64,000 nucleotides of DNA from Mobula hypostoma (lineage: Eukaryota), in assembly GCF_963921235.1 (NCBI RefSeq), contig NC_086097.1, positions 46,006,001 to 46,070,000 on the forward strand, given 5' to 3'. Below the pieces are notes generated by a model, which saw nothing but the letters and a program-made list of their open reading frames with translations, did no database searches and was not told where the DNA came from. The first letter of the stretch is position 1, and the number at the start of each line of letters is the position of its first letter. Shown here piece after piece: positions 28,201 to 40,000 of this stretch. Both the position numbers and the translations under genes were made by a program.

Positions 28201-29829
28201 GTGATTCAAATGTTGGCTCAGACATTCTCACTTAGATCAAAGAGCACAGGAATAAAGTACCTGGCTCGAAGAGATGTATAGGCACCAACAAGTGGCCTAT
28301 TTGAGTTCTCTGAACAAATATGTTCGATGATGTTCATTTGTATGAAGTCCTTGAAAGATGCTTGGATGTTACATCATGTGAAAGCTGAAAAGACGTGTGT
28401 ATATTGAACATTTCATTATACAAGTGTGAGTTGAGTGATGAAATGAGACACAGGCCGTCTCTTTACTTCTAGGACTGATTATCTGAATGCAGTGGAAATC
28501 AAACTTTTAAAGTAGTTTCTAGCTGTCAGGCAGTGTTAAACAGATGCCATTGCTATCTACGCTGCAACACCCAGAGCTTTACAATAGCTTGAATGTTTTT
28601 GCGTTTGAGAGGGACTTTTTTCTTAAAAAAAAGTAGACTTGGAATCTTGTTTGCAGTGATAACGTGGGCATGAAATCAGCATCATTGAAGTCCCTTGCTG
28701 ATTTTCACTGTTCCATTTTGAAGAGACGTATTTTCTGCTGGTAATTTGACTATAGATCTCCAAATTTGACTGACAAACTGCAATTTGAAAAATACCTAAA
28801 TTTCTCCATCTTTGAGTCAGCTAACCTAACACTTTAAATAGGGAAATTTAAGCTTGGGGAGTACTGAGTATTTAATTATTGCATACTTCATTTTCTTGTA
28901 CTATTTTCTGGTTTTAGTTAATGTACAGTTCAGATCTGAGTGTTGTATCCCATTTCTACTGTTGTATTTTACTTTATGGCTAAACACAAGGAAATGCCAG
29001 CTGCAGTTGTGATTGAAATGATCAACTCGGCGCTGCCTTTAATTTCAAACAAAAGGGAAATATTTCAGGCCTGATTGATTAATTGGTGGAGTGTTCTAAA
29101 GATCTGTTCTTGGCACGCAACAATTTACTATCTATATTAATGACTTGGAAGAGGGGGCAGCATGTAAGGCGTCTGTGTTTGCTGCTGATATGAAAATTGG
29201 TGGGAGGGTATGTTGCACTGAGGATGTGATGTATGGACTCTGCAACAGGATATAGGTAGCTTGAGTGAATGGGTGAAAACTTGACAAAGTGTGAGGTCAG
29301 GAACTTCAGTTGAAAGAACTAAAAACAGACTAAATAAAGAGAGGTTGAAAATGGGTGGATTTGTGAGGGCTTTACAATAAATTGGCATGCAGGTACTGTA
29401 AGCCCTTTTGCAAGGGGCACAGTGGCCTTTTTTGCTGGGGGTTAGAGTTTCGAAATACAGGACACGATTTGTGTTTTTATGCTTGTACAAGTTGCTTATG
29501 AAGGTTTTGGTTGCCTTACTTAGGAATGGTATATTAACAATAGGAGTTCAGTTGACTGCTTCCTGGAATGAGAGAAAAAGATCCATATTCTTTGGAGTTT
29601 AGAAGAAGAGGAAGCAATCTTAGTGAAATATGTAAGATCCTAAGTGGTCATGTCATGATGTTTCCACCAGTGGAAGAGCCTTGAACAAAGGAACATAGTT
29701 ACGAGTTAAAAGGGCAACCACTTAAAATTGTGGTGCAGAGGAATTTTTTTCAGAGGCTACTGAATCTCTAGAATTTCCTACCCTGGAAAGTTAGGGAGAC
29801 TGAATTATGGAAGTATTTAAAGAGGAGGT

Positions 29830-30420
29830 TTGCAACACATACAAAATGCTGGAGGAACTCAACAGGTCAGGTAGCATCTATGGAAATAAATAGATAGTCA
29901 GCGTCTTTTGCCAAGACCCTTCTTCAGGACTGAGAAGGAAGGGAGAAAATACCAGAATAAGAAGGTTGGTGGAGGCGAAGGAGGCAAGCTGGAATCTTGA
30001 TAAGTGAATCAGGTGAGTGGGAAGGGTCAAGGGCTGGAGAAGAAGGAATCTTGATAGGAGAGGAGAATGGACAATAAGGGAAAGGAGGAGGAGATTCTGG
30101 GGTAAGTAATAGGCAGGTGATAAGAAGTAAAAGGTCAGAGTGGGGAATAAAGGAAGGGGGGCAGAAATTTGTTTACCGGAAGGAGAAATCAATATTCATG
30201 CCATCAGGTTGGAGGGTACCCAGATGGGATGCAAGGTGTTGCTCCTCTACCCTGAAGGTGGCTTCATTTTGGCGCAAGAGGAGGCCACGGACTGACATTC
30301 AGAAGCAGAATGGGGATTGGAATTAAAATGTTTGGCCACTGGGAAGTCTCACTTGTGAAGGATGATGCAGTAGTGCGCGGCGAAGTGGTCCCCTAATTTA
30401 CAACTGGTCTCACCTTTGAT
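29830..30420 (-). mobile_element. Penelope-like 3' fragment
   Basis: Similar to 3890-4560, with a decayed hammerhead near 29895-29935. Older plus-strand remnants at about 26040-26810 and 33590-34880. Confidence 0.75.
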
Positions 30421-30766
30421 GGACCAGGAAATTGTTCACAATGTGGAACGGTCGGAAGGGGAGATGAGGCAGAGTGGTCAGCCACGGGCATATTAAAATG
30501 GGGAGCGTGGCTGATGCATTATGGGCTAGATTGGCTACTCTTATTTTCTTGTGTTCCTGTTGTCATTTGCTTCCCTTAACAGACTTCATTCAATCTCCCA
30601 AGACAATTCTTTTTTTATATGAATTGTCAAGGATTTAACTCTGAGTTGAAGGCTACCCCAGGTTGTGGCCGAAGTGTAATGTTAGTATACAGAGTATATT
30701 AAAGGGCTGCCCATTATTGTTACATACTAAAAACTGTTTCTTTACAGCTTTGGGCGGCCATAGGCC

Positions 30767-31029
30767 ATGGCAACAGCAAGAAACATAGAGTCATTGGCAC
30801 CCCCACTTTCCCTGGAATCGTTGGCACAGCAAGCGAATGTAACCCAGGTTCAAGATGGTAGGTTATCATCTATAAGCATTGAACCAGAGGATGGGGGCTT
30901 CAAGGAGAAATTTGTACTGATCGTGGAAAACAAGTACAAGTGTGGACATTGCTGTCTTCCACTCTGTAATCCGAAGCAGACCGAGTGTGGCCACAGATTC
31001 TGTGGAAGCTGTATACAAAAAATTCTTGG
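30767..31029 (+). CDS. TRAF3: TRAF3 coding exon 1 (N-terminus and most of RING)
   Basis: Acceptor tttctttacag ends at 30747, followed by 19 nt of UTR and Kozak GCCATGG. Encodes MATARNIE...GGFKEKFVLIVENKYKCGHCCLPLCNPKQTECGHRFCGSCIQKIL. Donor GG|gtaagt, phase 2. Confidence 0.93.
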
Positions 31030-34000
31030 GTAAGTTCAGTGAGATATTGTGATGTATAGTTTTTAAACTAATCTGAACCACATTGCTGTGTGTGTCTGCT
31101 GATGTAGTAGCTATTTTGATTCATCTGACAAGTTTGGATCTGAGACTTGGTTCACACATCTTCTGTTTAAATTTACTGCCACTCCAGGTTGTTTTGGATT
31201 GCCTAAACTGGTTGCTAAGGTTGCAGCAGGAGCTAACTCAACAAGCAAAAGTGGGAAAGAGAATGGCAGATCGGATTGAACTGCACAATGTGAGGCACTT
31301 TGGGAAGTTAGTACACGCCAGGATGTACACAGTGAATGGCAGGTCCCTGGGAATTGTTGTACAGGGAGATAAATGCATGTTTATTACTTCCCTGAAAATG
31401 GTTGACGGGTTGGTGAGGAAGGGGTATGGCACGCTCACCTTTATCATTTGAAACAATGAGTACAGAAACTTGGATGTGATGTTCTGGTTAGACAAAACAC
31501 TGGTTAGTCTGCACTTGGGAGTATTGTATACACTTCTAGTCACCATTCTACAGGAAAGATCTGAATAAATGAGAGGTGGTGTGTAGATGATTCACAGCTA
31601 TGCTGCTGGATTGGAAGGTTTGAGCTATCAGAGATTGGATAAGTTGGGTCTAACTTTTCCTGGAGCAAAGGAGGCTGAGGGGTGCCATGATAGAGGCACA
31701 TAAAGTTATGAGAGCCATGGAGAACGTAGGTATGCAGAATCTGCTTACCATGGTGGGGGTGTCCATTACTAGAAGGCATTAGTTTAAGGTGCGGGGGAGC
31801 AGGTTTAAAGGAATCTGAGGTGTGTATATGGTGGAGGCAGGAGCAGTAACAACTTTTAAGCAACGTCTGTACGGGCACTTGAATGAGGGCACAGGGAGAT
31901 GTAGAATTAACACAGTCAATTTGGATTGATGCTTCGGGCTGAAGGGCCAGTTTCTATTTCTGAGCACGTTTGATGTCATGTTTCTTTTTAATAACTCACT
32001 TCATGTTTTATGTATCCCTCTGATACATAATTGAAAAAATTGGTACAGTAATGGTAAATAGAAAATGGTAATGTTGATTAAAAAGCTTTGACACCAAAAT
32101 CTTAACTTTATATGGTAAAGACCTGATAATTAGCATGTATTGGAATCGGTAGTAGCTATGAGAAAAAATCGATTCTTTCTGCTTTATTGATCAATACAGA
32201 TTGATAAGTCTTACATCAATATAATTTGATTCTAAACTGTGTTTTCATTTGTTAATTTTGTGGTTATTTTATTTGAATGAAGCCCCAATGTGAAATAAAT
32301 TGGGTTGAACAGTGATGAACAAAATGCAAGATGGTGCCAGCTGAACTCCATAGGGGTGGATGGATCCTGAAACGTGGAGTTGATGGTGTTGGAATTATAT
32401 CTGCAAAATTATTCTCACTATGTGTATTGGATACATTTTAGAAACTAGGAATGGATGTGTATGGTATTACAACTTGTATTGCATTAAGACCAGAAGAGAC
32501 ATTTATAAACATATTGAGCTATGTAATCAAATTGTTTTTACTTTGCTATTGGGATGTAGCTTACTGTGATATATAATATTATGTAATATTTTTTCCAGGA
32601 ATCCAAATTCTGTGTGCCCACTTGATAACGAGCCTTTATATGAGAAAGCGGTAAGCAATTTGGGACGTGTCGTTTTTGAATTTCAATTTTCGTATCTTAA
32701 GAACCATTAAAGTTCTATTTCTTTATTTTCAAAGGTTTTTAAGGACATCTGCTGTAAAAAAGAAATTCTAGCACTTCAAATCTATTGTAGGAATGAAATA
32801 AATGGATGCAAGAAACAGCTACCTCTAGGAAAGCTTGAGGTAATGGATACAACCGAACCCTGTCTGAAACACAATCAGTAGCTCCTGGGTTATTCTGGTG
32901 CATATTTAGATAATTAGTGGACTACAGCATGACTAAGCTTTAACCTGCAAGTTGCAAACTTTTATTGGAATGAACTCTTAATAATTTCCTTTTTTTTAAT
33001 ACAACGTCAATAGTTTTGTCTTTGGAAAGTATATAGAAATCTTACTATTAGGACTTTGAGATCATTTAAAGATTACTATGTGAAAATTAAGAAAATATTT
33101 TAAGTAAAATGATCAAGAAAATGTGACATTTGAACATTGTCTGAAGGTAGTAGTCTGGATGCAAACAGTTGTTTGATTGCTTTCTCTCCTGCAGGCTCAC
33201 TTACATGAATGTCCTTATCAGGAAGTTCGATGTGCTCGCAGGGGATGCACAGAAAAGGTTCAGAGGAAGGATTTAGCTGACCATTTAAATTCAACTTGTA
33301 CATATCGGGAGCAAGCCTGTAAATACTGCAAGAAAAAAATAACGATTGCAGAGTTAAAGGTAAAATGCTCCACAATAAACGTAACCGTGTTTCTTTATGC
33401 AATTACTAAGTTTATGCAAGTTTTCAGAATATCTGGAAGAATGTAAAAAAGGCTGGAGTTATTTGGTATAACCGACAATAGCTTTCATCCTATGGTCACA
33501 CATTGGTCTGTAGTTGGCACTATGAGTTTGTGTCCTTGCTTCTTGCTTTAATTTTTATTAATGATGTCTGCTGTCTTTCTGCAACGTGGGTAGTAAGGGG
33601 ACTCTCATGCATTCTCTTCATTTCCCACACATTCCCTCTCACCCTACCTCCTTTTGCCCAAGGAACATCTGATATTGAGTTCACCTCCACACTAGCTGAC
33701 CTATCTGTTTACCACAGGGACCACGTTCTCATTGACTACCCTAGTACACTCGTCACTTCCCACCCACTCCTCTCCTTACCCTGTGACCACTCCAGCTACC
33801 AAAGGAGGTGCAGTACTTTCCCTTCACCTCCTTCCTCACAACCATCCAAGGATTAAAGAAACATTAAAGGCGAGGCAGCAACTCACATGCACCCTCACCA
33901 ACCTCATTCAGTTTTTGCATTGTGGTCTACCCAACATCAGTAGGATCAAGCAGAACACCTGCAGACTGCCCGTGCAATGTCCTCAATGGACACCTTGACC

Positions 34001-37000
34001 ATGCAGTTTCATATCATTTCCTCCCCCTTTCCCATTCTATCCTTGACATTCTCCGCTCCCAAAGTGATGTCAAACATAAAGTAGAAGAACAGCATTTCAT
34101 AATCTGCTTTTGAGGTCTACAGCAAATTGAGACAAATACTGAATTTTGCAATTTCACATAACCCACCCCCTGAGTATAGTTTCCCACTCCTACAATCCAT
34201 CCAGGTCTTTCTCCCTTCAGGGATTCCCAGCCATCTTTCTACCATGCACCCACATCATTAATAGAGGGGTCCATGAACCCTGGGTTGGGAACCCCTGCAC
34301 ACCCTTTGATTATCTTTACATCCTACTTCTCATTACTCCGGTTCTATCTGCCCGTCACTCACATACAGAACTGTGCAGAAGTCTTAGGCATATGTAAATA
34401 AAAGATAGGTGAAGCAAGGATGCTCTCAAAAATAAAAGTTTCTAAATTATCAGAAAATTTACTATAAAGAGCAGTAAACAGTAAAAAAACTAAATCAAAT
34501 CAAGATTTGGCGTGACCACCCTTTACCTTTAAAACTTCATGAATTCTCCTTGGTACACTGTCGTGCAGTTTTATAAGAAAATCAGCTGGTAGGTTGTTTG
34601 AAGCACCTTGGAGACTTGCCACAGTTCTTCTGCAGACTTTGGCTGTCTCACTTGCTTCTGTCTTTCCAGATAATCCCAGACAGCCCTGAAGATGTTGAGT
34701 TCAGGGCTGTGTGGAGGCCTTACTGTCTAAAAATCTAGCGTGCCTAAGACCTTTGCACAGTATTGCACCCATCTTCTTGGGTTTCTGCAACCTTGGTCCA
34801 TCTTTTCTCTTCCTGTCCCCTCTCCAGTCTGGTTCTGTCTGCCCTTTATCTGGGTTCTAGCTATCACTATTATTCATCAGCCTTTTGTTCTTCAAGAGCG
34901 GCAATTAAAAATCAAAAATGCTGGACAGCTGGACACACTCAAATGACCAGGTAGCATCAGTGGCAAGCAAAATGGAGTTATCGTCTCTGTATCAAGTAAC
35001 TTCCATCAGAGTATTCTGATATAGGATCTTCAACCTGAAATGTTAACGTTCTTCTTTCCACTTACTGAGGACTTCCAGCATCTCTTTCACTTTAACACAG
35101 ATGCTGGAAATCTAAAATAATTTTTCTTGTTCTTCAAAACCAGTTGTTAGTGAAGGAAATGCTAATCAAGATAGCATGAATTTAGTCACGTCCAACTATT
35201 GTTTGGTTGAACATGATCAAATATTATCTCTTTTTATTTTTTTTTGTTGATGTTGTTCCTTTCTTTGTGCCTTGTGGCATGTCGTGTGGCATTTTTTGCC
35301 GCTTCCTTGGCAGTTCGTCTTTTTTATGAGGCCGAGTTGCTAGCTTGACGCTTAGCCCAACGCAGATGGAAAGCTTGCAAGGAGCTGGCCGGATTCAAGC
35401 CCAGGACCACTTTGCCTCGAAGTCTGGTGCTGATGCCACTACACCACCGGCTGCCTTTATTTGTTGATGGGATTTCAGCAAAACCAACTAGACTGAAATT
35501 CAAGCAACACACATCAAAGTTGCTGGTGAACGCAGCAGGCCAGACAGCATCTTTAGGAAGAGGTACAGTCGACGTTCGGGCCGAGACCCTTCCTCAGGAC
35601 TAACTGAAAGAAGGGCTAGTAAGACATTTGAAAAATGTGTGTTGCTTGAAATTCCAGCATCTGCAGATTTCCTCGTGTAGACGGAAATTCATTGCCATTC
35701 TCTTTCTGCCTTTAAGTAGTCGGTGTGCAATTTCCTTGAACCACTGCAACCCTTTTGATCCAGGTACTGCCACAGTTCTGTATTTGCAGGATTTTGACAA
35801 GGTAGCCATACGGTAATTTAGATATATTCCAGACCTGTAATGTGCATGACTTGGAAGGGGATCTGTAGTTGTTGATGCCTTCGTGTGCCTGGCCTTCCAG
35901 GCAGTGGAGCTGAAGAGTGGCATTGGTGAGTACATTTTGTAACTGCTTCAACTGCAGTTACGATGTTGACAGAGCGCCTGGCTAACTTTTCTGGAGATTC
36001 ACTCATCCAAGCAGAAGGAGTGCATTCCACCACCCTCCTGATTTGTTTCGTGTGCCTGATGAGAAGCATTTCAGGAACTGGGAGGTGAACCTTCAGTTGT
36101 AGCGACAGTTCGGTTTCTGCTCAATGGTGTTGTATAGCACGTTAAGGAAGACTGAGGGTGACTCAGTTATGTAGCGCGTAGTGCACAGCGCCAGCGACTG
36201 CGACTCCTGTTCAGTTCTGCCACTCTCAGCAGGGAGTTTGCACCTTCTCCCTCCGATCACAGCTCGAAGCCTCCGTTTCCTCCTGCTTTCCAAAGACATA
36301 CTTGCCCGTGGGTCCCGTGGGTGTAACTGGGCAGCACCTGTTTGTTGGGCCAGAAGAGCCTGGTGCCATACTGCATCTCTAAGTTTAAAAAAGCTAATGC
36401 CATTGCAGGTTAGGAGCTGAATTATATCCTCATCTGATAGTCTGCCACCTATATGGTACAGATGCTGCAAGTCCCAAATCGGGATATATCCAATGTGTAG
36501 TGTTTGTGGCACCTAGATACGAGAGGTGTTCTGAATGATACTAAACACTGGTCATCCCATTTCTGACCTTACAGTGAAACAGCTGAATGTGGTCAAGCAC
36601 AGGACCAGCTGCTGACATGATTGTCGAACGACAACTATTTCCTTTATACGGGACGTGACTTCATCCCAAAGAGAAGTCCTCATAAACTTCAACTTTTCTG
36701 GGACCCCCTTGATGCTCGGTCTAGTCAAAGTCTGCCCTAGGTTCAAGGGTGGCCATTTGCACCTTCTCTGTGAGTTTACTCATTGTTTAAGGCTGTAATG
36801 GAATTAGAAGGGAAGTTGTTCTGATTGAACCCAGACATGGCAACAGTAAATGAATTATCGAAAAATGCCAACGAATAGCAGTCAAAGACATGTTAGTCAT
36901 GTTGCTGACTGACCTAATGATATTTTCGGTAATGATGGCCTACCAGGTTTTATATTTGTAGCTGGTTGGTTTAAGAGAGCTATACCATTTGCTTTTCTCT

Positions 37001-40000
37001 GCACTCTCATGCATTCCCAAGGTTGGCCCAAAGGAGAATGCTGAGTGGGAGGAAGTTGCTGTGAGGGATGAAGCGGACTTGAAAGGAAATTACAGTAAAT
37101 GCAGGCCTCGTTACATACTTTTTTCAAAGTCGAAAATACCGGTGATTGAGACTAAACATTTCTGACTGAATCCTTCAGGATATTCCAGGCAATTCTGCAG
37201 ATAGTTTCCATCACTAAGTCAAATGAGCAGCATTAAAAGAATGATTAGTAGAATGATGTGACTGGAATTAAATGGATAGAAATAAGTTTAATTAAGGACA
37301 CACAATCTTCAATTTAGTAACATGTTTTGAGGGGATAATTTTTTTTTCCTTTTTCTTTTATTCTCTTAGAAACATGAAGATTTTGACTGTCCTGCATTCC
37401 CAGTCCTATGCCCTAATAAGTGCAATACTTTTATTCTGAGAGGAGAGGTAAGTTTGTTATCTTTAAGTTTCCTCACAGTACATTAAAAAAATTTGGTTGG
37501 TAGACCGCTGTTTACGTATTGAATTTGTGCAGGGAATGGACTTCGATTGTAAAATATAACATTAAAATTTAATTCTTCTGAAGAAGATAATCATGTATAA
37601 TGTCTCTTCAGACAAATCAGCAAGGTGAAAAACAGAAGTTTGAACCAAATTGTGATTGTTATTTTATTTTGTTTACAACCCAAACATCACTGGCGACGTC
37701 TACATTTATTGCCCTAGGTATAGACGGAACAGTGCTACAGCTGGTAAAGCTGCTTCCTCACCGCTCCGGGTTCAGTCCTGACTTCTGGGGCTGATGAAAA
37801 CTTGGGATGATGAAAATGAGTCAGGGTAGGAATAGTTTTAGAATGGGTGTTTGATAGTCAGTTTGAACTAAGTCGATTGAAGGGCCTGTGTAACGACTGT
37901 ATCCCTCTGACTCTTTGAGATGGTGATGAGCTGCTGAGGCCTTCTGGTGAAGGTTCTCTCAAAATGCTGTTGGGGAGGATGGAATTCCAAGATCTGCATC
38001 CATTGCTGAAGCAGCAGCCTCATATCCGCACATCCGGATAGTGTGGAACAAAAGGAAGGGAGCCTGCAGCTTCCCAAGGACCTGAAGCCTTAGTCCTCCT
38101 CTCTGGTAGAAATTGTGAATTTAGGACGTGTGTATGTGGAAGGCTTCTATTTTGAGCTGTAGAAAGTGCTTTGTTTGAAGAGTTCTGTGCATCAGACCAA
38201 GAAGGCGTGGTCTCTGATCAAACATCTGCTCTTCATGTACGTAGTTGCGAGTTGGATTATGAGTTGTTGAATATGCATGCTGTTGTGTGATGGATTAGGA
38301 ACTTATCTGGTAAAGGACAACAGAGGCACCAAGTACAGAAAAGGAAAGCACTCTTTGTCCTTGGTTCATGTTATGAGAAATTCCGAAAGCTTAACATGGC
38401 AATAGTATAGTTGTAACAAGGAACTGAAGACCTTTTTTAAAAAAATAAGTTTCATGCAAATATTACTGTCATTTAACCCTTGACTATGTCAACAGAGCCA
38501 TGGTACTTTTATCCCCACATTTGCAGGCCGAGCTCTCCCAAAAACATGACAGCAATGCTGTAACATTTGACTCAGTGTGAGTGTAGAGGCTGAGCACAGA
38601 CTTGCCAAGTTCATGCAGGGGCTCTGCCGTCTGAATCTGCTCTGTGTTAGACCCGTGTCCCAAACAGTCTGAACAGAGAGGACTGCTCATGAGAGACAGG
38701 TTAAATATTTGGTTATCCAAATTAAGTGTGATTTAATGTTTCCTGATACTTAAAAAAAAATTTAGTAATTGAAGTATTTATTTTCAATGTTCTGTATTTT
38801 TCAATCTGTTAACGGTGTTTGAATCTTTCTGACTGTGAGTGTAGATGTTTTTGAAGTTGACAGCTTTGAGAGCAAGCAAGGCTGATGTCATCTTTACCAC
38901 CTGTAAAACAAATATTAGTTGGTACCTGGACAGGGCATGTTCTGATCCACTCATGTAGAACAAATGCCTGCACATTGCTTCAGCATTTGAGATCAGATAC
39001 TTTAAAGGCAAAACTCAGGGTTCTGCAAAGGCCAGGTTTGTATGTTCTTAACCTGGTAATAGTATAGTTTATTCATATATCAAACACACATCCACCACTT
39101 CCGCTGACAACTTGTTCAACACTCGATCACTCTCTGAGTGAAGAAGTTCTCCTTAGGTTCCCTTTCAATAGTAGATGGGTCATATTCTGCATGGAGCTTG
39201 GTCACCAGTGGTGTGCCTCAGGGGTCTGTTCCGGGACCCCTACTCTTCGTGATTTTATAAATGACCTGCACAAGTAAGTGGAGAGATGGGTTAGTAAATT
39301 TGCTGATGACACAAAAGGTTGGAGGTGTTGTGGATAGTGTGGAGGGCTGTCAGAGGTTACAGTAGGACATTGATAGGATGCAAAACTGGGCTGAGAAGTG
39401 GCAGCTGGAGTTCAACCCAGATAAGTGTGAGGTGGTTCATTTTGGTGGTCAAATATGATGACAGAATATAGTATTAATGGTAAGTCTCTTGGCGGTATGG
39501 AGAATCAGAGGATCTTGGGGTCGAGTCCATAAGACACTCAAGGCTGCTGCGCAGGTTGACTCTGTGGTTAAGAAGGCATACGGTGCATTGGCCTTCATCC
39601 ACTGTGGGATTGAGTTAAAGAGCCGAGAGGTAATGTTGCAGCTGTATAGGACCCTGGTCAGACCCCACTTGGAGTACTGTGCTCAATTCTGGTCGCCTCA
39701 CTACAGGAAGGATGTGGAAACCATAAAAAGAGTGCAGAGGAGATTTACAAGGATGTTGCCTGGATTGGGGAGCATGCCTTATGAGAATAGGTTGAGCGAA
39801 CTCGGCCTTTTCTCCTTGGAGCGACGGAGGATGAGAGGTGACCTGATAGGGGTGTATAAGATAATGAGAGGCATTGATTGTGTGGAGTCAGAGGCTTTTT
39901 CCCAGGGCTAAAATGGGTAGCACGAGAGAGCACAGTTTTAAGGTGCTTGGAAGTAGGCACAGAGGAGATATCAGGGGTAAGTTTTTTTACACAGAGTGGT